Assembly (NCBI GenBank): GCA_010405405.1
Contig: MU004237.1
Location: forward strand, 410,191 to 474,190
DNA: 64,000 bases
Reading direction: 5' to 3'
Source: Microthyrium microscopicum
Taxonomy: Eukaryota
A model generated the notes under the pieces. It did no database searches and had not been told where the DNA came from. It worked only from the letters and a program-made list of their open reading frames with translations. Of the stretch, positions 36,401-50,840 are shown piece by piece. Every line of letters begins with the position of its first letter. Position 1 is the stretch's first letter. The position numbers were made by a program, and so were the translations under genes.

Positions 36401-39399
36401 TAAGTTAGTTTATTATAATTAATATTTAATTTAGATAGAATAAGAATACTTATTAATTAGTATTAACTCTAATTAGAGTTCTAGGAAATAATATTTTTTT
36501 AATAAAATATAATTAAATATTAATTAGAAAACAAAATTATAAATATAGTACTATTTAAAGTATTAGAATACTAAAATAGAATTATTTATTTTAACTTATA
36601 TAAATCTAATTTACTATTTTTAACTTTATAATCCTAATATAATAAGTAATTAGGCTCTAATATAAATAGTTACATTTTCTAATTATTTATTATTAGCTTT
36701 AATTAAAGACGCTAGTTCTATTTTAAAAGCTAAGACCTTTAATTTATAAGCTATATTATAGATTTATACTACTCTTATTAGCTATAAGTTTCTAACTTAT
36801 TACTATAAGTTTCTTTTATATAGTTAAATTAATAAGATAGAAATATAATAATTTCTTTTATAATTTCTTAAGCTACCTTTCTACTTTATAAACTCTTCTC
36901 TTATATCTTAAATATTTATTTACTAAAAGATTACTCTAAGAACGTATTAGTATAAATAGCTTAGTTTAAATCTAAGCTCCTAGTTATTTAAAAAAAAGAA
37001 TATATATAAATAGTATTAGTAGTAAGTAATAATTAAGCCTAAAAAGAATTATTTTATAAATATAATAAAACCTTTATTATAACTTAAATATAGTATTAAT
37101 AATAGGCTAGTATTAGTAGAGTTAACTTAGTAGCTTAAAAAACTTCTAATATAATATAAATAAATATTTCTTTAGAATATAGAATATTAGTAGTTTATTA
37201 ATTATATATTTTTTTCTTTATTACTAATATTATTATTTATAAAGAATATTAGTAAAAAAAATAACTTAAATAATAATATTTATTTAATAATACTAAAAAT
37301 ATATAAAGAATAAAAATAAAAAAAAAGAGAAGAATAAAAAAGAGCGTAATAGATAAAAAGGAATATAAGATTATAAGTAGGTTAAAAAAAAATAATAAAA
37401 AAGAGTATAGTATATAAAAAGAAGTATAAAGTTATAAATAAATTAAAAGAGAATAATAAAAAAGAGTATAGTATATAAAAAGAAGTATAAGATTATAAGT
37501 AGGTTAGAAAAGAAAGATAAGATTATAAATAGATAAAAAGAAAGTAATAAAAATAAACATAGAGATTATAAAGAATTTAAGGTTAAGAAAGAAATTCTAA
37601 GAAGTAAGTAAATAAAGTTAAAAAGAATATAGTTATATTAAAATAATAAAGTAAGCTAGAGTAATATAATAAAAGTTAATAAAGTATAGATTATATAGTA
37701 ACTAATTAAAAGGAGTAAATAACTTAATAAGGTAAGCTATAAAATAATTTATAGCTTATAATAAATAAGAATATTTAGAATATTAGCCTTTAACTTAGTA
37801 GAACTTAGTTTAAACTAATAAGAGAAAGATACTATAATAAATAAATATTTTAAAAGGTAGAAGCTATAATAAACTTCCTAAATTCTAATTAATATTTTTA
37901 TAACTCCTTAAAACTTAGCTTTAATAATAGCTTAATATTAGTATAAAGTTTAGTATGCCTTAATTATAAGATACTAATTTTAATAAGTTTTATTACTTTT
38001 AACTCCTTATAATAAATTATCTATATATTATTACTAAATATAGTTATACTCTAAAACTATAATTCTAAACTCTTTAAGTCTATACAACTTTTTAACTTTT
38101 ATAAGTTTATTTAAGTTATAATACTAACTCTACTTTTTACTTTAGATTTTACTTATTATTATTTTTCTATCTTCTTTTCCTTACTAAATTTTTAGTAGTA
38201 TTTATATTTATTTTATTACTCTCCTAAGTAGTAAATTTTAGAAATAAATTATAATAAAAGTTATTTTACTATACTAAGTAAACTCTTATTACTATAATTA
38301 TATACTTTTATATAATAAACTTTAAAGAATTTATTATAAATATTTTTAATTAGCATAAATAGTATAAACTTAAATTACTATAATAATAATAATACTACTT
38401 ATACCTCCTACTATTAATATCTATACTTATTTACTCTTTAAGACTATAGTTCTAAAATTTTCTATATAAAAGCGCTATATAATCTATAAGTAGCTAATTA
38501 TTATTTTTTAGTAGATACTTTAGTAGTAATACTTCTTAAATAGCTACTAATAATAGTTATAATTTTTTCTAGTAGTATAATCTTTATAACTAAAGATAAT
38601 TAAGATAAGAAGTACCTTAGTTACTTATCCCTAGCCTTATAATTATTTTTAGACTAAAATATTCTCTACTATTTAATTATTATTTAGATATAAAGATATA
38701 AGTAAATTAATTTAGATAATATTTTTTATTACTATAATAAGGAAAATATAATAAAGGTTAATTAGTATATTATCTTTTTAAATTAAGTATAGAAATTAAT
38801 AGGCTATTAGGATATTCTTACTTTAAGGTTTAAATATTATATTAAGTAGTATAATAAAGTTAATTATAAAAATAATTTTTAGATTTAGTATATCTTATAT
38901 AGCATATTATAACTACCTAGGTAGAACTAGTATTACTTTTTAGTAAATATACTAGTTAAGAAAGATAAGATAGCTAACTACTAGTAATAATTAGACTAAG
39001 TATAGATTATATAAAGAAATAACTTTATAGATCTCTAGTTTATAAAATTACTTTTAAAAAAAAGAGACTAGGCTAAGTAATTCTAAGGAGGGCTAAAAAA
39101 TATAATAAATTAAGAAAGAGTTTAATAGTATAATAATATAAAAAGTTAAGAGGAAAAATACGTTACGTTAATTACTTCCTAAATTACTAGATTAGTTAAA
39201 TTAGTATAATTAAGAAATAGATAATTAGAATATAGAGTATAATTAATTAATATTAAAAGAGAAGGAAAAATAAATAAAAGTTTCTATAAATAGTATTATA
39301 AGATAATATAAATAGTACTAGATTTTTAATTAATACTTTTTTAACTTACTAATTTTATTCTTTTAGAACCCTAGGTTTTTTTAATAAAATTAATACTAC

Positions 39400-42300
39400 T
39401 CTAAATTATATCTTCCTTTACTTCTACTTTTAATTCCTTTATATTTAGAGCTAGCTTAATAACTTTCTTCTTATTATTATAATCTACTATCTAAGATAGG
39501 AATATTATTACTAATAGTACTATCCTAAACTCTCCTATTAGTATATTGCCTTTTAGCCTATTAATATCTACCTCTTTTATTTCTAGTATAATACTTAGAA
39601 TATTAGAGGAATCTAGTAATTAAGAAAAGAAGGTATATTTATAGAATAAGAATACTAATAATTATTTCTAGACTTAGTAATAAATTATATCCTAATTTAC
39701 TACTAACTAAGAAAAGCTAATTTCTATATAAATAGATCCTTATTAGTATAGTAGAAAAAAAAGCCCTATTTAGAATAGTATATAAGTAGGCGCCTTTAAG
39801 TCTACTAACTAGCCTTATTATTACTATATTTATTATTATAAGTTCCTTAAATACTATTACTTTTATAAAGATAATACTAATACTTTCTTTATTAAGTAAG
39901 GATTACTTAATAAGTATATTACTTTCTAAGATTATAATAATATTACTATAGCTAAAGGTAATAAAGATTAAATTATACTTAATTAAATAAGATTAACTAT
40001 AACTCTAATATATTTAATTCTTACTATACTATACTATTACTAATTATAATATTTATAGATATATAATATAAAGCTTAAAGCTACTTATAGTTTTAATAGG
40101 TATAAGATTATACTATAAAATTTTTTTACTTTATAAGTACGTTTAATTATAGCTAAGAGTCTTCCTCTTAGTATATTTAAATTATAATTTATATAATAAG
40201 TTATTAACTACTATATACTATTAAGTATTTAACCTTAATTTACTTTATAAAAAACTATTACTTTAGAAATTATAAAATAAGTTATAATTAATCTTATAAA
40301 GTTAAAAAAGGAGTTTATTTAGCTAGGTAATAATATATATATTAGCATTTAGCTAAATAGATAGTCTTTAAATTTTACTTATAAAAAGTACTTAGCTATT
40401 ATTAGATAATAGATTACTCTATAGTAAGAATAAAAGAAAAAGCTTCTTAGCTTTCTTTCTACTATTAAAAAGTTTATAAGTAAAGCTTATGCTAAACTTA
40501 TAAGTAATATATTTAATTAATATAGTATTACTAAGAAAGTTTACTTTATTATAATTAATAATACTAGTAATAATAAGATAATAATACTTATATTAAATAT
40601 ATATTAATACTTTAAGCGTACTATAAGTATTATTTAAATTCCTTATATATTCTATATTATTTAACTAATATAAAGTACTTTACTTTCTTATCTTAGCTAT
40701 AAATCTATAAATAAAGAAATTAAATAAGTATTTATTAAAGAAGATATTTTAAAAGAGAGAAAACTTGCTATAAAATATAGCTTAGTTACTCTTACTTTAT
40801 ATAAAGTAAGTTAGTTCTTATTTTTAGTAAGTTAAAAAAGTATTAATTAGAATAGCTAATATAGTCTAGGCCTATAGTATTACTAAGTATATTAGCTCCT
40901 CTAAACTATATCTCCTTAGGTTCCTTATTTACTTAGCTAGTTTTTATTTTAACAAATTCTAAATATCTAATCTATACCTTATTAATAAATACTAGAATAA
41001 CCTTAATCTTTATAGTAACTTTTAGCTAATCTAAGATATTAAAATATACTAAGACTTAATAATAATAATAAAACTTTACCTTTAAATTATTAAGATACTC
41101 TTTATATACTTCCTTATTACTAAAGCTTATAAAGCTAAAAAAAAGAAGAATTAATAATAAGTAAGAATTCTTATACTATCTAATATAGAATAGGCTAATA
41201 TTAAGTATCTAGTTTAGCTTACTACTCTATTTAATACTATAACCTAGATTCTTAATAGATCTAAGGCTCTATCTATTTATAAAGTCTTCTTATACTTCTA
41301 AAAGCTCTTCTAATATATTAATAATAAAGAGGCTATTTTAGATAAATATATACTAATAAATACTTAACTATATTAGTAGAGTAAACTTTAGTTTAGTCTA
41401 AAAGAGGCTTAAAGGAAACTATAAGTATACTTTAACCTAATATAAACTAATATCTAACTATAACGTATTTATACTTTTAATTAGTTATTATTTCCTTATA
41501 TAGCTAAGTCTACCTTTACTAACCCTTAATAGAAGGACTACTTTAATTTAAATAATTTATCTTAGTATAATATAATAATTAAAAACCTTTATAAAGTTTA
41601 GCTTAAGAAGTATAGTAATTTAAATACTTAATCTAATAATATAGAACTAATTATAGATAATAATAATATTATAGTAAATAATAGCCTAACTAGCTTATCT
41701 TTATCTAATAAGTTTATATAATACTTTAAAAGTAGTATATCTTTATTATTATATTATTTATAATTTACTAATATAATAATAGTATCTATAAAGAATAATA
41801 ATCCTCTCCTTATATAGAAAGAAAATAATAATCTAGACCTCTACTTAATAATAACTTATATAGTATATAATTATCTTTATATACTAGCTATTAAAGTTAA
41901 AGTAGAACGTATCTTTTCTATTACCTATAACTAATCTAAATATAATTATTCCTACTCCTCTTAGATATTTTACGACCTTATATTATTATAAGATATACTT
42001 TACTAATATAATAATAATAAGTTTACTAAATTAATAGCTAATATTTTAGACTATTAAAATAGTTCTAATAAGATTAAAGTAGAGATTAATATATATAAAA
42101 AATATATTAATATAATTATAAAATAACTTATAAATACTCTACTTAATTATATTTATTTTAGTAATCTTAATACTATATACTATTAGATATTTAATTATAT
42201 AACTTATTATAAAGATTTAGATAAGTTACCTATTATTTTTAATAAAGAAAACAATTTAAATAATTTAGATAAAGATAATAATATTTTAGATAAAGATATA

Positions 42301-42700
42301 AATAAGGCTAGTAAAGATAGTTTTAATAATAAAAATAATACTAGTTTTAGGTTTACTAAAAGGAAAGAAAACCTTAAGAATACTAATACTAGTAAATCTA
42401 TAAGCTTAGAGACCTCTTCTAGATTCTATAATATAGATTTAGATAATAGTAAGAATAGTAATAAGGTAAAAGATAGTAATACTTAAGACTCTTTTTATAG
42501 ATAATTACTAAAAGATATTAATAAGCTTCTATTTATAATAGCTATTAGTAGAAGAGTTTATAAATTAATATTTAAGTCTACTTTCTAGTAGGAATTAGAG
42601 AATAAGTAAAAGTAACTACTAATAAGTATAGTCTTTAATAAGGCTAGTAAGAAAAAGAAGGTTTAAACTAGTTATTAGGATTTTAGTAGTAGTAGCTAAT
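39400..42700 (+). pseudogene. hAT transposase, RIP-mutated; ends approximate
   Basis: De-RIP motifs in order: KSPIW (BED finger, ~39760), ISIQLDGWS (~40341), YLAII..W..LLGF, TTDNASNN (~40551), IPCxxHxIQL (~40638), QDVKTRWDS (~41032), DYLxxPAxxVEVERIFS (VERIFS readable without correction at ~41902). Confidence 0.9.
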
Positions 42701-44488
42701 TAATATATAGTTTAATCTATATACTATACTAAATATTCTAATTAATATTTTTCTAACTCTCTAATTTATATACTAGATTATTTCTACCTACTTAGCTTTT
42801 ACTAACTATATTAAGTATAGTAACTCTTCCTTTATAACCTAAATAGGTTATATACTAAATAAACTTTACCTAATAGGTCCTTAATTTAGGTCCTTTAGGT
42901 TCCTTAGGTCTAATCTATAATAATTTTATTTTACTTAGGTTAAGTATAGGTTTTATAAAATATTTTTAAAACCTAACCTAACGCTAAGAACCTATATATA
43001 TTAGGTCGACCCTAATAGGTTACCTAACCCATGCCCTAGCATAATCGTCCTTATCGAGCCTATAGGATCCAGCCAATTAAGTCAGGACGTATTCCTTACA
43101 AAAGGTTCAGGAACTAGAAAAGCAAGGCCTCAAATACGACCTGTAGATAAGTCACTTCCTCGTTAACTATATCTTCAAATTGGGACAGTTTACATTTTTC
43201 CCCACGGAACTAAGAGGTATCGTGCATTCAGAGTGAGTTCAACAGATGATTGGATGTCAGAAAAGTCTAGCAACCAACATGAGAAGATAGAAACAGGAGA
43301 ACCTTGGAAGTTGATTTTTGCAAGTAGGTCATTTCATATAAAATCAAGAGTTAAGTGGACTATTTGTAGTAAGCTACGCTGCTACTTTAGGTATGGACTA
43401 GGATTCATACCTATTAGTTGCTTACTTCTTCGTTGTAGACTGAGGGATTCTTACTTCAAGTCTCATCTTGAAAAAAGACTTCCATACATAAAAGTCTACC
43501 TATGAGAAACCAGCCTTTTCTTCCTTTCAAAATTTCTAGCGCTGACAATCTTTGCACAGCAGAACGATTATCCTTTCGCAATGAAGTATTCACTCCTCCT
43601 GTGAAAGGTACAGTACAACATCTTCTTATTGCTTGTGTGCTGGCAATTGCAGTGCGGTCAAGCTGTACCTCTGGTCAAAGGTTTGCTGTATCAAGGTTTG
43701 TTGTACACGCCAAGTCCTTCACAGATATCGATTTACTGCTACATCCGAACAGGATAATCTGATCAAGTGGAGTGTCGTTTGCATTGCAGTTGTTGCGTAC
43801 AAGTTGGACTTGTTTTTATTTGCTATTTCCAAGCACAAAAGTCGTCTGCAAATGTCGTACCCGTCAAAGTTTACAGGTCAATTTATTCAATTTGATCACC
43901 TCCAAGTAGTGGATTTCCAGACAATGAGGCTGCAAAGCCGAGTCTATTCCTGGAATTTCTAAAGTAGCATGAAAGCCACGCTTTCAGCCTCAATGATTGG
44001 TCCAACCTCCATATTCCCACACCGCCAAAGCGGCCCTTCTTTTCCTCACCAGACCAATACACTTCAGGCGCTAACACGTAGCGACCTGCAGAATTCTACA
44101 TCTAGTATCACTTTGCACAAGAATGTCTTGTCACCAAGAATGCACGCGCAGGCTGGACCTTGCATCAGTCCACCCAAACGCTTCTGTGTATGCCGCGTTT
44201 GCTCGACGCGAGGTCGGTCGCGACAACTGTCCAGTAGCATGAGGTATAAACGCAGGATGCTGCAGCTAAAGTTGGACAGCTCATTATAAGCTGATCAGCT
44301 TGACCTCCAGCTGCCAATTTTGCAACTTCAGCTCTGGATTGAAGACGGCCTCAACTGAATGCCTTGGCTTCAATGAGATATCTTTTAGGATCATCGCCAT
44401 CTTTCCGAGTCAACATTCGTCAACTCAATCCACAACACTTCTGCTTGCCTCAGAAACCTGGAGAACACGACATAAAAATCGACTCGAT

Positions 44489-46117
44489 ATGACCAAACTC
44501 GAGGATGACATCAAGGCTGCTCTCGGCCACGATGAAGATCTTTATGCTTTCCCAAACTATCCTCTTTACTCTTTGGAATACGTAAAGAGATATAATCTGG
44601 ATATTGATACAACGCCCGCGGCAGTAACATTCCCTAAGACCACCGCCCACGTTGCAGCCATCGTCAAAGCTGCAGCCGCAAATGGCACCAAAGTACAAGG
44701 CAAGAGTGGTGGCCACTCTTACGCCAATTTTAGCTCCCCGGACAAAGGTGTTGTGGTGGACTTAAAACATTTTCAAGGGTACACAATCGATACAACGACG
44801 TGGCAAGCGACCGTCGGCGCTGGTGTCAAACTGGGCAATCTCACAAAGTTCATGTTCGATTCACATAAGCGAGCAATGGCGCATGGTGTGTGCCCAGATG
44901 TCGGTATAGGAGGACATGCAACTATTGGCGGACTGGGACCAAGTTCGCGACTATGGGGAGCGGCTCTGGATCATATACTGGAAGTAGAAGTTGTTTTGGC
45001 TGATGGGAGCATCATTAGAGCTTCGGAGAAGCAGAACTCTGACATCTTCTGGGCTCTCAAAGGTGCAGGAGGCAGCTTTGGTATCATTACAGAGTTTGTC
45101 GTTCGTACTGAAGAGGCTCCAGATGCGCTGGTTCAGTATTCATTCAGTTTCACAACAGGATCTTGGTCGAGTATTGCTCCTGTCTTCAAGGCCTGGCAGA
45201 AGTTTGTCTCCGATAAGTCACTTACCCGGAAATTTGCCAGCACCGCCAACGTCACTGCTGCCGGTCTGATCATTACTGGAACTTATTTTGGAACTCAAGC
45301 AGAGTATGACGCGGTCATGAAAGGCTTTACCTTTCCAGGAAATGCCTCCAGTCACACTGTTCATGTCAAAGACTGGTTAGGCGCTGTCTCTAACTGGTGG
45401 GAACAATTCTTCCTTCTCATCGGTGGTGGTATTCCTGCACGGTCATATGCGAAGACGCTTACATTCAACGGTGCCGATTTGATTCCAGATTCAGTAGTCG
45501 ATAAGATGTTCCAGTACATGGAAAATACCGAGAAAGGCACTTTGTTGTGGTTTGCAATCTTTGATGTAAGTTCGGCGCCTTTTCTTCATAGAACTTCTAA
45601 GAATCTTCTGATTGCTTAAGCATGTGGGCGAATCGAGTCGGCCATGATCACTTTATACTGACAATTCTAGCTCGCTGGCGGTGCAGTCAACGACGTAGCC
45701 CTAGATGCCACTGCTTACGCGCATCGCGACGCTCTATTCTATCTCCAGAGCTATGCAATTGAACTCAATCCACTAGAAGCGGTCTCTCCTAAAATCAAAG
45801 GCTTCTTAACAGGATTGAACAAGGTTATCGAAGACGGCATGAAAGTAGCCGGGTTTAATGAAGACCTCGGATCCTACCCAGGCTATGTTGATCTCGAATT
45901 GAAGACGCCACAGAAAGATTACTGGAGATATAATTTACCTCGATTGGAAGAAATCAAGACCAAGTACGATCCGAAAGATATTTTCCACAATCCGCAAAGC
46001 GTCCAACCTGCCGGGCAGCCATCTACACAGGTCCATCCCGTGGAAAAACCACAGACACCGGTCGAGAAAAAGAAGAAGATGACACTCATCGAGAAACTTA
46101 AGAAGCTTCTCTGTTAA
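44489..46117 (+). CDS. Berberine-bridge-type FAD oxidase (glucooligosaccharide oxidase/AA7-like)
   Basis: KSGGHSY, AHGVCPDVGIGGHATIGG (His+Cys bicovalent FAD pattern), FWALKGAGGSFGIITEF; intron 45566-45670; YPGYVD..YW..NLPRLEEIKTKYDPKDIF. Confidence 0.92.
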
Positions 46118-46666
46118 GGATTTCTTCATGCTGTCTGGGGTATTGCTGTCCGTCACATCATTCACGGTCATTTCGCACTAGTTTGGCTGAAATGCTAACA
46201 CGTAAAACCGTAGCTAAATCATCAATGACAGCACTTAAATGATTCCAAGGTTGGGTATAGATTGAACTTTCCCAGCTGGGAGCCAATACAAATACTCTGA
46301 CAAATGAAAGGGGTCGTGCTATTTTGCTAATCATGGCTACAAACGACAATTGAAGAGTTTATGATGACCCATTTCATACTTCTTTTGAGAGTCATAAACA
46401 ACAGCACTATTTAAAATAAATTTGTTACAATAGACTTCGCATGCTATGTACCTGCCACTAAACCCGCTCGTAAATCCGACAGTCGGGGTAGGAAGTCGAT
46501 TTAGGCCAGTCATTCCTCTACTCGCATCAACTTTCATCATCAACACCAGCTCTCGTCAATAGGCAGAGACCAACTTCGAACATCGAGTGAACGCGAATAC
46601 ATAGTAATAAGCAGATGGCCAAGTTGCAGCTAAGGATTCACCTAACTCGAAGAAGCATATGCAGAA

Positions 46667-48592
46667 ATGCTTGCTTGCCTCAAGACGCGCCGCAACCAGC
46701 TGACTTCAACTCTTTTACAGCCACTTCATTATGTACCAAAATGGATTCAGGGAAACTCTCGTCCTTCAGTGTCATCATCTCCTGCGATGCGGGAGCAGGC
46801 GACCATGAATTTTCTGGGCAACGAAATTCGATGTAAGTTTCTTCCTGTCTCCGGCTGTATAATAAAATCTTATGGTCCTAGACGACGTGTCCGAAGATGA
46901 TCTATACAACTACAAGGGCCAGCGCTGGCTTTGGAATGAAAAGGACCAGCTACAGCGTCGTTACCAAAAATTCAACCTGAAGGCACTTATCAAGATCGCC
47001 GAAAATGCAGCGGGTGATGGCGCTGTCTGTACGGACATGTCGAAGTTACCAGAAGGAAATTTTAACAAGACCTTTCTGGTCAAGATGGAAGATGGCCGTG
47101 AGCTCATTGCTCGGCTACCAAATCCAAACGCTGGCTGTTCACACTACACGACGGCTTCGGAGGTAGCGACTATGGATTATGTATGTCAATATGAATCCTC
47201 TCGGTTTCTGCAATGCCAACTAATTTATCCTTCAGGTCAAAAATTGTCTTTCGATTCCAGTACCAAAAGTGCTTGCCTATAGCACGCAAGCAAGTACTAA
47301 CGGTGTAGGTGCCGAATACATCATCATGGAAAAGAATCCTGGCATTGAACTTGCCCGTGTCTGGGATGATCTTGAAGGAAGACAGAAGATTGATATCGTC
47401 AGACAATTGGCTGTGTTTACATCACGCCTTTCCAAAGCTCATTTTCCTGCATATGGATCACTTTACTACTCGAAAGACCTTCCCGATATCAACAATAAGC
47501 TAGTCGATGACACCTTCAGCGTTGGTCCAACTACCAGTCGTGCATGGTTTGACGACAAAAGGTCCGAAGTAAATGTTCATCGAGGTCCTTGTAAGTCTCT
47601 CTATGTGCCTTTCCAGCCGTTGGGCTCTCTAACAGTCCCAAGGGACCTCAGTGGAAGATGTCGTCAATGCCGTCGTTGAAAGGGAAGTTAACTGTCTCAA
47701 TACCTTCGCTGAATTTCCCCGTGACCGTCAACAAGGTATATTCAATGGGCCAGGAAGCTTTTGCCCGTCGAAAGCATCCAAAATGGCTGTCATCGAGGAC
47801 GTCCGTCGTGTCCTGTCACATATTTTGCCCAAAGATAATGCGTATACTGCATCGATATTGTGGCATAACGACTTGCACTCTGACAACATTTTTGTAAATC
47901 GAGATCGGCCAACAGAGATTACAGGAGTCATCGATTGGCAAGGAGTTCATCTTAGTCCCGCTTTTCTACACGTTCACTACCCATCACTAATTGAATATGA
48001 TGGCCCGATACTTGATGGCTTTGAATTGCCTAAACTGCCGCCAAATATCGCAGATCTAGACCCAGCAGCCAAAGATGCTGCAAAAAAGCGACACTTATCT
48101 CAGTCGATTTGGGGCTTGTACCAAATCTTCACCCAAAAGCAATCTCCAGACCTCTTGCAAAGCTTTCGCTACCGCGACACTCTTTCCTGCCAGATAATTG
48201 CACTGGTGGGGTCAATATTCGATGACGGCGAAATATATGTGCAAAGCCTATTGTCGCAGCTTACAACCCCAGATATCTGGAAGACCGTGGTAAAATCTGA
48301 CATCCCTTGCCCTCTCTCATACACCGAAGACCAATTAACTAAACAAAAAGAAGATCTGGCCAAATGGGAATCTGCTGTTGAGCAAAAGGCTGCAGTGGTA
48401 GCAAAAGTAGGAGCGTACACGGGCTGGGATGGAGCCGTCACACTAGAAGAGTACGATATTGCGTCTCAGAGATTACAGGACGCAAAGCAGTCCTTCTTAG
48501 ATTCCAAGTCGATAACATCTGTAGAAGAGTGGGCAGTATGGGAAGCTGTCTGGCCATTCCAGGACAGCGAGAATAAAGGCTGTAGTCAATGA
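46667..48592 (+). CDS. APH/choline-kinase-like phosphotransferase (AIM9-like), probably mitochondrial
   Basis: Three introns; KLPEGNFNKTF, IARLPNPNAG..TASEVATMDY, VGAEYIIMEK, LWHNDLHSDNIFV, GVIDWQ. Confidence 0.9.
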
Positions 48593-49012
48593 TACCAAAC
48601 GTGAGCAGACTTGGTGTGCTCAACCTGAGGAAAATTGTCAAATCTGCGACAGTACGATCTTCAAATGGTAGTAACATTAACATCATCCACAGCAAATAGA
48701 CTGGTTTTCGCTTCACAAGCTCTTGTTGGCAAGGAGTGGGCGGGGAGCTACCTGTTGTGAAGATACGCCCTACAGTAAAATGTACTCCTGGATCAACAAC
48801 GTCAACAAGACAATCATTTCCATAACAATCAAAGTATCACGTAACACCGCTGACTCTTGTAGAAGGATATAAAACCAATGATCACGTCGTGCAGAAATAG
48901 TTTTCTTCCTCAATTCCTCACTTTTTGATTTTCCTACTCGCTTGGATATCTGAGCTGCTGATCAGTAAATTACCTTATTTCTATTCTACTCTATTTGAAA
49001 GCCGTCTTAAGA

Positions 49013-49891
49013 ATGTCTACCTCATTGACCGATTTCAAGCTCCTTTCATTTGACGTTTTTGGCACTTTGATTGACTGGGAAGCTGGTCTTCACGCTGCTT
49101 TGATTGCGTCTCCGCTGATCTCTCAACTTCCGGCTGGACACGAATTGAAAGATCGCAAAAGAGTCAACGAGCTCATTGCAGATTACACTGGAAGGATAGA
49201 AAGTGAAAACCCCAGGTTACTCCACCACGTCGTTTTAGCGCAGACGTTCAAGGAGCTTTGCAAGGACTTCAACATTGAGGCCAAGGACATTCAAGAACTA
49301 GATCACGATGCGGAAATCTTTGGAGCCAGCGCCGCCAGTTACCCTGTATTTCCAGATACCGTCGAAGCTCTCAAAAGGCTTAAGAAGCATTATCGTCTGG
49401 TGCCATTAACGAACTCTTCTCAGGCGGAGATGGCATCGCTCATCTCAAGCTCATTTCAAAGTTTTGAATTCGATGCTGTTTACACGGCAGCTGACATTGG
49501 TTCATACAAGCCCGACCTGCGCAATTTTGAGTATCTGTTCGACCATGTTCAAGAAGAGTTTGGAGTGGGAAAGTCTCAAATTCTTCACGTTGCTCAAAGG
49601 TAAGTGCTCCCAAAGGTCCACACCCCTTTGATGCTCTATCAAGTTCCACTATAATGCTTTGGAAAGTCGTGAGACTGTGAGAATGAAGCAAAATGTAAGC
49701 GTTCAGGCTGACTGCGAGGTAGCCTACGCCACGACCATGGACCTGCGAGAGAAATTGGGTTAGAGAGTTGCTGGATCAATCGTTATGGTCTTTCCCACAA
49801 AGATGCAGCCAAATACAATGCGAGGCCAGGAAGGGAAGTCAAAAGTCTTCAAGAGCTAGCAGATATGGTTGAAAGGGACTTTCAAAAGTAG
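49013..49891 (+). CDS. Haloacid dehalogenase type II (HAD superfamily)
   Basis: LSFDVFGTLIDWE, LTN, IGSYKPD, ILHVAQS|LRHDHGPA (intron 49600-49722), CWINR. Confidence 0.92.
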
Positions 49892-50840
49892 AAACGGAAA
49901 ACGACTTCGATAATGTAGGGCTCAGTCTCGCGACCTGGCAAGACTAAAGCCAATAAGGCATGAACAATGTCTGATATGAGAACGGATCAGAATATTGAAA
50001 TTTGAGCAACTTTTGATTGCGTCCTGAGACCATCATCTCGTAACAAGAAACATTTCATATCTGTTTCCATTCAGCAATATGGCAGCCATATAGATCAGAA
50101 GATATTTGCTTTTCTGTGGTATTACACGATCCTCATGATCCGTTCATGATGTAACCTGACAGTGCGCATATACCTAAGTACACAACATTTCGGCTCCTCG
50201 TATTGAAGCAACTGCCCAAAATTGACCCTGGCAGAGTCATTCCATTCGCCAACAGGTCTTGAACGCTGCATCTCACTTCCTGTTGACCGGCTGTAAATCT
50301 ACCATCTAAAACTTCATAATTGGGGGTTTGAAGAGAAGATGGGAGCTATCGAACTACATCAGCGACTCCTCATTGGAAGGAACGTTTTCCGAAGTAATAA
50401 GTGCGAAAGATGTTACATATCTACTCAGAAGATTGTACGACCTTCATGATATGGTGACTGTTCGTCCAATAGGAGTTTTTGTTGCATGTTCACGTCTTGT
50501 CTAAACTACATGCTGGTTGCTGATTACCTATACATTGATTTTAATTTAAGTACAACGGTTCTCAGGGGACCGGCCTAGCGGATCTGCAATCCCTGTGTGT
50601 AATCAACGTCTAAGGTCTCTATGTCTCCTCGTGCTAGAAAGCCAGGGAATAGAAGTTTGAATGTTCTTGGCCTATCTCTCTGCTGGGAATTACTCAATCT
50701 ACCACTTTTACCTGGGAAAGCATTGACATCAACAAGCTGAGAAGTCATGTCAAACGTGGAAAAGACTCATGGTGAATATAGCTACATAAAAGAAGTCTTG
50801 ATAAATAGAAAAACGCCTGTGCTTTATCTATGAAGGAAAA

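Larger units (their letters stand above)
33365..43043. mobile_element. Complete RIP-inactivated hAT DNA transposon, 9679 bp, with cargo genes
   Basis: 22-bp perfect TIRs TATGCTAGGGCATGGGTTAGGT; 8-bp TSD ATCGTCCT (33357-33364 and 43044-43051); inverted subterminal TAGGTTAGGTTTT motifs; extreme AT content with TpA excess and CpA/TpG loss (RIP); hAT transposase relic inside. Confidence 0.93.

Noticed and set aside
33365..43043. AT-rich block as centromere, organellar insertion or contamination
   Set aside because: Bounded by TIRs and a TSD, with RIP dinucleotide bias and a decodable hAT transposase.
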